Shown piece by piece: positions 24,278 to 30,071 of a DNA stretch of 30,071 bases. A program made the position numbers and the translations under genes. The notes beneath the pieces were generated by a model, which was given only the letters and a program-made list of their open reading frames with translations, was not told where the DNA came from and searched no databases. Source of the DNA: Candidatus Hydrogenedentota bacterium (GTDB lineage Bacteria > Hydrogenedentota > Hydrogenedentia > Hydrogenedentales > SLHB01); NCBI GenBank assembly GCA_034408725.1, contig JAWXCN010000070.1:1-30071 (forward strand). Direction: 5' to 3'. Numbering within the stretch: position 1 is the first letter of the stretch; each line of letters begins with the position of its first letter.

Positions 24278-25666
24278 TCAGAAATCCGGCGCGTAATGGA
24301 TATCCAGGTCGCTCACCGCATCTCTGCTTCGCAGCACGACATTTGACGACCAAGTCACAATTGAGCGATTTCCGCGATCGGTTGTGATATCCGGTAAACC
24401 GTTGGCTCCGCTCTCCCGATCCGCGTCTCGATTCACCTGCAACGGGGATGTCCACGTTAAGCCGGTGTCGCTTGATGTCGAAATGAAGACGTCGAAACGA
24501 TCGGGTGTCGGACTGGGGAGTCTGCGATGGTGGTGCCATACTACGGAGAATGTCTTCCGGCCGTCGCTTGCGACTTGCGGAAAACCGACAAGATTCTGTA
24601 CATTGATGTCCGCGATATCCAACTTAACCGGGGAGCTCCAACTCGCGCCGGCGTCTGTTGACCCACATGCAAGAATGACTTCACCCCCTTCAATGCCAAT
24701 TCCTACAATCCGTCGCATCCACACGGCAACGAACTTGGCTTTTCCCGCGGAAGCGATTCGGACAGTAAAATCGTGGTCGGTTGATACATCCGTTGTCGCA
24801 TCTGAATTCAGTACCTGGGGCCCCGACCATGTCGTGCCGAAGTTCGAGGTTCGAGCGGCAACAATCTCGAAGTCGCCGCCGAACTGGCTTTCGTTGGCAA
24901 ATTCTTCAGACCAGACGACGATCCAGTTTTTGCGCTCGTCCACGGCTACATCGGCGAATATCCCAAGTTCGTCGCCGCCGCCACTACCGGGACTGCGCCG
25001 CTTGGTCCAGTGTGCTCCGTTGTCCTTCGAGCGCGCGTAATATGTCACGTCGTCATTGTCGTCATTTTGACCGGACCATACTGTCATCCATCGGCCTAAT
25101 CGATCTGTGGCGATTCGCGGATTGGAATCAGTATCGAAATCGATCCGGGCATTCGAATTGACGAAGACCGGTTCTGTCCATGTTTCGCCGTTATCCGTTG
25201 ATTGCGCGGCGAGTATGTCCAAGTCAGTACCGAATCTGCCGCGCGCGCTCCAGACAACGATCCACGCGCCGCGGCCGTCCGTCGCGATATGGGGGCTGTT
25301 CAACTGGGATTGGGCATCTACCTCGGTGTTGTCGCTTAGGGCGGCGGGAGGGCTCCAGGTATCTCCGTTGTCTACCGAGCGCGCAAACAGAACGTTGTCT
25401 TCGCTTTCCAAGGTTCCGTCCAAGGGGTCCGTCGAATTCCAAATAGCGATCCAGGTCCCCTCGAAATCCGTGGCCATTTGAACAAAAATATCGTCGCCAG
25501 AATCGGTTTGCGCGTTCGTATTGAGTTCGGCCTGGGGTGCAAAAATCTTTTGGGCGAACGCCGCGGGGACCGCAAATGCGAACATGAGCAACGCCGTTGC
25601 ACAGCCTCCAAGCAAGAAGTTCATTGGCGCGCGCGGTGCGCGGTGAGCCATAGTGTCTATGGGCAT
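24278..25666 (-). CDS. Secreted BNR/Asp-box repeat beta-propeller (sialidase-family fold)
   Basis: Signal peptide and six Asp-boxes: SVDNGDTW, STDNGETW, SKDNGAHW, TSNFGTTW, STDAGASW, SSDTGLTW. Start may be further downstream (MNFLL). Confidence 0.85.
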   Translation of the reverse strand: MPIDTMAHRAPRAPMNFLLGGCATALLMFAFAVPAAFAQKIFAPQAELNTNAQTDSGDDIFVQMATDFEGTWIAIWNSTDPLDGTLESEDNVLFARSVDNGDTWSPPAALSDNTEVDAQSQLNSPHIATDGRGAWIVVWSARGRFGTDLDILAAQSTDNGETWTEPVFVNSNARIDFDTDSNPRIATDRLGRWMTVWSGQNDDNDDVTYYARSKDNGAHWTKRRSPGSGGGDELGIFADVAVDERKNWIVVWSEEFANESQFGGDFEIVAARTSNFGTTWSGPQVLNSDATTDVSTDHDFTVRIASAGKAKFVAVWMRRIVGIGIEGGEVILACGSTDAGASWSSPVKLDIADINVQNLVGFPQVASDGRKTFSVVWHHHRRLPSPTPDRFDVFISTSSDTGLTWTSPLQVNRDADRESGANGLPDITTDRGNRSIVTWSSNVVLRSRDAVSDLDIHYAPDF

Positions 25667-25796
25667 TGGGCGCCTTCCCTTCGACTTTTATAGAATGCCT
25701 ACCGGTTTATCGGCATATTTTCATAGATATGCTCGACAACCTAGCAGTATCTGCCCGAATCCCGGTTATGTCAATTAAAAAAGGAGGGAAATAGAC

Positions 25797-26480
25797 TCAA
25801 CCCTCCCCAGCCAGTCGCTTGACCTTAATGTTTTTATACCAGCAATCACTGCCATGATCTTGGAGGCCGATATACCCTTTTTTGGGGTGGGTGCTGAACC
25901 GGTGGTCGAACTTGTGGGCGCTGCCGTCAGGACGTTTGTTTGGTTCGGTAAACTTGGAGAGGTCGCATTCATTGACTTTTTCGCCATTCAGCACGACGGT
26001 AATGACGGGGCCTTTGCAGGTGATCTCGATGTGGTTCCATTCTCCGGCAGGCTTCATCGTGTTTTTGGTGGGCTTTGATAGATCGTAGATCGCGCCGGTA
26101 TCGACGTAGCCGGCTTCGGTGGTGTCGTCGATGGCGATCTCGATACCGTTCCACCCGACGTCCTTTCCGGGCAACGGCGTGAGCGGGAACGTGCGCACGA
26201 AAATCCCGCTGTTGCACTTCGGGCTGATCTTGAAGTCGAGCGCAAGGGTGAAATCGGCGAAGGGTTGACTGTACGTCATCATGTATCCGCCGCAGCCGTG
26301 CGAATTGATGGCGCCGTCTTGAATGGGCGTATTGCTTTCGCGCCCTTCCGGTGTGGTCCAGCCGTCGAGCGATTTTCCGTCAAAAAGCAGAATCCAACCT
26401 GCGCCCTTTTCCGTCGAGGAAAGCGTGTTTCCCGGTGCCGACAGCATGAAGAACGTTGCGAACATTGTGAAAATTGTCAT
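25797..26480 (-). CDS. DUF1080 (3-keto-glycoside hydrolase family) protein
   Basis: GWILLFDGKSLDGW, NSGIF, GAIYD, GEWN, GYIGLQDHG, YKNIKVK. Confidence 0.92.
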   Translation of the reverse strand: MTIFTMFATFFMLSAPGNTLSSTEKGAGWILLFDGKSLDGWTTPEGRESNTPIQDGAINSHGCGGYMMTYSQPFADFTLALDFKISPKCNSGIFVRTFPLTPLPGKDVGWNGIEIAIDDTTEAGYVDTGAIYDLSKPTKNTMKPAGEWNHIEITCKGPVITVVLNGEKVNECDLSKFTEPNKRPDGSAHKFDHRFSTHPKKGYIGLQDHGSDCWYKNIKVKRLAGEG

Positions 26481-26501
26481 TGCGTAATCCCGGTAAGTAA
26501 G

Positions 26502-27230
26502 CTAATAAGACCGGTGGTGGATTGCACCTTCCAGGAAATACCAACTAGACCGGCGAAGCAGAATGCCTGCTGCATGCATTTTGTCTAACACAAACTTTGT
26601 AAAAAAGCCGACCTCGAGAACTTCTTCGTGCGATTCGGCAAGAACCAACCACGTCGTCTTGTTTCCCGCCGTGCTTATATACGCATAGGATATTTTGTCT
26701 GCGCCATCATGAAGAAGTGCAGCGGACAACTGGCGCCGCCACTTTTCAACGAACTCTTTCTGCGCCGATACAGCTATCGGCAGTCTTGTAAAGGCATAAA
26801 AAACGTCCCGGCTTTGAAGCCGGTTTCTAATCGTATAGTCCAACCCATTGTCGATGTCATCAGCGGTCCATTTCTGTTCAGATATCTGTTTTTGTCTACG
26901 ACTCCGTAATACCGATAGTTCGTGGTCTTCTCCGATTATTTTCAGACACAATGCGAGACACTCAGCGCAGATGCAGACATTTTTCTCGACAATCCTGGCG
27001 ACCTCCGGTTCCACTTGTCCACAGAACGAACACGGTTGCTGCGACACTGCTCCGCCAGCTACTTCCCGGGGCTCATCTGATTTGCTGGCAGAAGTAATTG
27101 CGGAGGCATATTTGACCACACACGCATCGCAAATACTTATATCTGGGCCTGCGATTAGCTTTGCCACCTCGATAGATGCCTTCCCGCAAAAATCGCAGGC
27201 AGTTATGCGGGCAATCTTTTCTTCCTGCAT
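26502..27230 (-). CDS. Tandem ClpX C4-type zinc-finger protein with unknown C-terminal domain
   Basis: CDFCGK...LIAGPDISICDACV and CSFCGQ...ICAECL. Start at ATG 27230, since the track ORF's upstream extension overlaps the neighbouring gene. Confidence 0.82.
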   Translation of the reverse strand: MQEEKIARITACDFCGKASIEVAKLIAGPDISICDACVVKYASAITSASKSDEPREVAGGAVSQQPCSFCGQVEPEVARIVEKNVCICAECLALCLKIIGEDHELSVLRSRRQKQISEQKWTADDIDNGLDYTIRNRLQSRDVFYAFTRLPIAVSAQKEFVEKWRRQLSAALLHDGADKISYAYISTAGNKTTWLVLAESHEEVLEVGFFTKFVLDKMHAAGILLRRSSWYFLEGAIHHRSY

Positions 27231-27265
27231 TCCTGCGATCCTTTCTGCAAAGCTCAAACAATCAC

Positions 27266-28540
27266 CTACGCTGTGTACACCTTTTCCTCTTCCGCGTTCC
27301 ACAGCTTCGTCTTGCTTTGGCGATATGATTCCACCGCCATCTTGATTGCTACCATCGTCGATGCGCCGAGTTCGACGTTGCAGAACGTCGGGCCGAGGCC
27401 GCGGATGGCGTCAATGAAATTGCCTTCCATGTCGCGGCGCGATTCGAGCGGGATACGGACTTCGTCCTTGCCTTCGTTCGCGGCTTTGAATTCTTCTTTG
27501 AAGTCGCCGTTGCCCTGCAGGAACGGTTCCCCGCCGAGTTCCATCGTGCCGTGCTTGCCGTAGATGCGATCGGGGATACCCGCGTCGTTCGTGAGCGTGC
27601 TGACGAGGAACATGGACCACTCGCTCGGGTAGTCTGCGGTCATGAGGAACGTGTCGGGTATGTCTCTGCCGTCTTTCTCAACGTATAACCCACCCGTTGC
27701 GCTGACGCGTTTTGGATATTCGCCGTTGGGTCCCGCAATGGTGAGCAGGAACGGCGCGAGTTTGTGGTACAGCAAGTCGGTAGCGACGCCGCCGTTGTAC
27801 GGCCAATATTTCCGGAAGCGGAAGAAATGGTCCGGCGTCCACGGAATTCTTGGCGCAAGGCCCCATTCCCAGCCGAGCCACATGTCCCAGTTGATGTAAT
27901 CATCGCCGGACTTGTCTGGCCCTGCGGTCGGGTCGACCTGCTGATGCTCGTTGAACAGGCAGGTGCGCGCATTGCGGTTGTACGCACCGTGCGCCCACGT
28001 CACCTTGCCGATGCGCCCGGCGCGAACGGCGTCGCCGCCTTTCCAGAACGAATCGTTGCCGGTTCCCTGCGGCCCGACCTGAAACACGCGATCGGAATTG
28101 CGCACGGCGTTCCGCAATTCGATCGCCTGCTCGACGGTATGGGTCATCGGCTTTTCACAGTACACGTGCTTACCCGCTGTGATTGCGTCCATGGCGATCT
28201 TCGCGTGCCAATGGTCGGGCGTCGCGATGAGCACGGCGTCAATGTCGGTGCGTTCGAGTAGTTTGCGGTAGTCGCCATAGCCCTCGCCCTGGCAGACGCC
28301 CTGAGCGCGCGCGATGCGCCGCTGGTAGACGTCGCAGACCGCGATAACCTCTACGTTGTCCGCCTCGCCGCGCTGCACGAGGCTGCCGACGTGCCCGGTG
28401 CCCATGCCTCCGCAGCCGACAACGGCGAAGTTGATGCGGTCGTTTGCGCCGAGTGCAGCGGACGGCGCGAGTGATATCGCGGCTGCGGCAGACGCCGTTT
28501 TCAAGAAGGAGCGTCTCGATTGCCCACTGTGAAAACTCAT
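27266..28540 (-). CDS. Tat-exported Gfo/Idh/MocA family oxidoreductase
   Basis: SRRSFLK leader, VGCGGMG, IATPDHWH, GKHVYCEKP, NWDMWLG. Confidence 0.94.
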   Translation of the reverse strand: MSFHSGQSRRSFLKTASAAAAISLAPSAALGANDRINFAVVGCGGMGTGHVGSLVQRGEADNVEVIAVCDVYQRRIARAQGVCQGEGYGDYRKLLERTDIDAVLIATPDHWHAKIAMDAITAGKHVYCEKPMTHTVEQAIELRNAVRNSDRVFQVGPQGTGNDSFWKGGDAVRAGRIGKVTWAHGAYNRNARTCLFNEHQQVDPTAGPDKSGDDYINWDMWLGWEWGLAPRIPWTPDHFFRFRKYWPYNGGVATDLLYHKLAPFLLTIAGPNGEYPKRVSATGGLYVEKDGRDIPDTFLMTADYPSEWSMFLVSTLTNDAGIPDRIYGKHGTMELGGEPFLQGNGDFKEEFKAANEGKDEVRIPLESRRDMEGNFIDAIRGLGPTFCNVELGASTMVAIKMAVESYRQSKTKLWNAEEEKVYTA

Positions 28541-28590
28541 TGTGTCGGTCCCCTATTTCATCACCGCTGATACAAACAATGGCGCCAGGT

Positions 28591-28785
28591 TTAAAAGATT
28601 CGAGCGAGCACGGCTTCAGCCTGTTGTGTGGTAACAGTTGGGAAGTCATCGAGAAACTCATCGATGCTGTCTCCCGCTTCCAGATAATCAATGAAGGTTT
28701 TAACTGGCACTCGCGTTCCCGAGAAAACAGCGATTCCGCCCAGGATGTCTGGGGAGCGTTCAATGACTGATGTTGAATCCGGCAT
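28591..28785 (-). CDS. DUF433-family antitoxin (possibly slightly truncated), no partner toxin
   Basis: PDILGGIAVFSGTRVPV...LEAGDSIDEFLDDFPTV. GGAG RBS, and TGTTACCAT extended -10 at 28819-28827. Confidence 0.88.
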   Translation of the reverse strand: MPDSTSVIERSPDILGGIAVFSGTRVPVKTFIDYLEAGDSIDEFLDDFPTVTTQQAEAVLARIF

Positions 28786-28870
28786 GGAATTCTCCGAGGA
28801 ATTAGTGTCCTCACAACCATGGTAACAAGCAAACGACTCGCCATCAATTCAACTTGGTGCATGGAATGCG

Positions 28871-29020
28871 GACTATTTGGACTGCGGTAGCGGAGCGGGT
28901 AGCGCAGACACCGCTTTGGCTGTTTAGGGGCGACGGCTTCGTGCGCGCAGGGTAAGGGGTAGACCAACTTTGATAAACAGCCAAAGCGGCGCCTTGGGGG
29001 CCGCCGCAGTCCAAATAGTC
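28871..29020. repeat. 150-bp nested inverted-repeat element (REPIN/MITE-like)
   Basis: Perfect 17-bp outer IR GACTATTTGGACTGCGG 28871-28887 / 29004-29020 and perfect 16-bp inner IR CCGCTTTGGCTGTTTA 28911-28926 / 28974-28989. Confidence 0.88.
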
Positions 29021-29036
29021 TTCCTACTATAACCGG

Positions 29037-29719
29037 CTACTCGAAAAACTCCCATTGATTCAAGTAGGTAATGCCCTCGGCAAGATGCCAATTGGGACTG
29101 CGCAAGAGCACTCCTGCTTCTTGCATGCGTTCGGTAACCAGTTTAATTGCATCGCCGAGTTTCGATGGTGGCGTCCGCCATTCACCCACAACGTGCCAAC
29201 CCGTCCTTCCCCCTAGAGTAATGCCCGGGACAAAAGTGATTTTGATGAGACCATCCAAAGCTAGCGCGGCGGCGAACTGCTTTTGCCATCGATCCACAAA
29301 CTCCTGTTCATGTCGCGCCGAAATGGAGAGGCGAGCATACGTTCGATGTGCGGGCTTGAAGCGCAGCTTTTCCACTGCAGCACGGAGCAGAATGCCTGGA
29401 TCGACTGGTCTTCCAAGCGATGTGTCACAATTTCGAGGCATAGCGCTAAGCATTCGTTACAAATATTGGCGTTATTACTGGAAAGCAAATGCTGTACTTC
29501 GGAACTCGACTTTCCGCAGAAGGAACAAGATGAACTCGGATTGTTCTCGACGCTCGCATCGATCGTGGTTTCAGTCGAGACAAAAAGATACGCCGCGAAT
29601 TTGTCCACGCACGCATCGCAGATAAAGCAATCCGGGCCAATGATCAGTTTTTGGACTTTATCCACCGGTGTACCGCAAAAAGTACATGCCTGTATAGCGT
29701 TTTCGCTCATCGGTTTCAC
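29037..29719 (-). pseudogene. Second tandem ClpX zinc-finger protein, split across two frames
   Basis: The zinc fingers lie in ORF 29261..29719. The C-terminal domain homologous to 26502..27230 lies in ORF 29037..29453. The frame switch is near 29400-29425. Confidence 0.8.
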
Positions 29720-29755
29720 GACCAGAACCTCGTCTCAAGTTTTATCGTGTTCGCG

Positions 29756-30010
29756 CTATCGGTATATCTCTTTGCGATGTCCGGCTCTGATGACAACTAC
29801 GACCAACTTCTTGTCATAGATTTCATAGAGAATGCGATAATCACCAACACGGATACGGTAGGTAGCGTGGCCGGCGAGTTTTTGGCTTCCCGCGGGTCGT
29901 GGGTCATTAGCAAGGGCAAGGATGTGAGTATCTATTCTCTTTGAAATCTCAACGTGCAGCGCACGAAGGTCGCGGCGCGCGCGCCGGGAGATTTCGACCT
30001 TATAATCCAA
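29756..30010 (-). CDS. relE: RelE/ParE-family toxin, apparently intact
   Basis: YKVEISRRARRDL, DPRPAGSQKLAG, YRIRVGDYRILYEI, GHRKEIYR. Confidence 0.93.
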   Translation of the reverse strand: MDYKVEISRRARRDLRALHVEISKRIDTHILALANDPRPAGSQKLAGHATYRIRVGDYRILYEIYDKKLVVVVIRAGHRKEIYR

Positions 30011-30013
30011 TGC

Positions 30014-30071
30014 CTAAAGGCCGAGTTCTTTTCTGAACTCTTCGTATGGCGTTGGATCGAGTCCTTCTGCT
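30014..30071 (-). CDS. C-terminal end of the RelE partner antitoxin (partial)
   Basis: Manual translation ...AEGLDPTPYEEFRKELGL*, ending 3 nt before the relE start. Confidence 0.7.
   Translation of the reverse strand, partial: AEGLDPTPYEEFRKELGL

Noticed and set aside
25749-25776. Second dif-like site (TTATGTCAATT right arm)
   Set aside because: The right arm matches 9/11 but the left arm matches only 3/11 and lacks the TAA. A chance match is likely.

Overview
Bacterial chromosomal window, roughly 55-60% GC by eye. The gene content (many secreted carbohydrate-active enzymes, GT-C glycosyltransferases, DUF1080, Tat-exported Gfo/Idh/MocA) resembles Hydrogenedentota/PVC-type bacteria, but that taxonomy is only an inference. 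The left part (1-17.6 kb) is metabolic: three GT39/PMT-like paralogs, a DEAD-box helicase, an R2lox Mn/Fe oxidase, a beta-propeller glycosidase, aspC, a stand-alone Smr protein, a Tat-exported TIM-barrel protein, a Coq4-motif protein, a metallophosphoesterase and a GH38-like protein. Four observations stand out. (1) A ~275-nt highly structured, plus-strand candidate ncRNA at 5162-5438 with its own promoter, which I cannot assign to a known family. (2) An accessory island at 17.7-22.5 kb with a GmrSD-like gene and six antitoxin or antitoxin-like genes of five families whose toxins are all deleted, truncated or catalytically frameshifted, often leaving small visible remnants. A seventh orphan (DUF433) lies at 28.6 kb, and the only intact toxin is RelE at the right edge. 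(3) Two paralogous proteins with tandem ClpX-type zinc fingers fused to a shared unknown C-terminal domain, one of them frameshifted. (4) REP/REPIN-like hairpins. All calls were made by eye from the sequence and ORF track, with no database searches.
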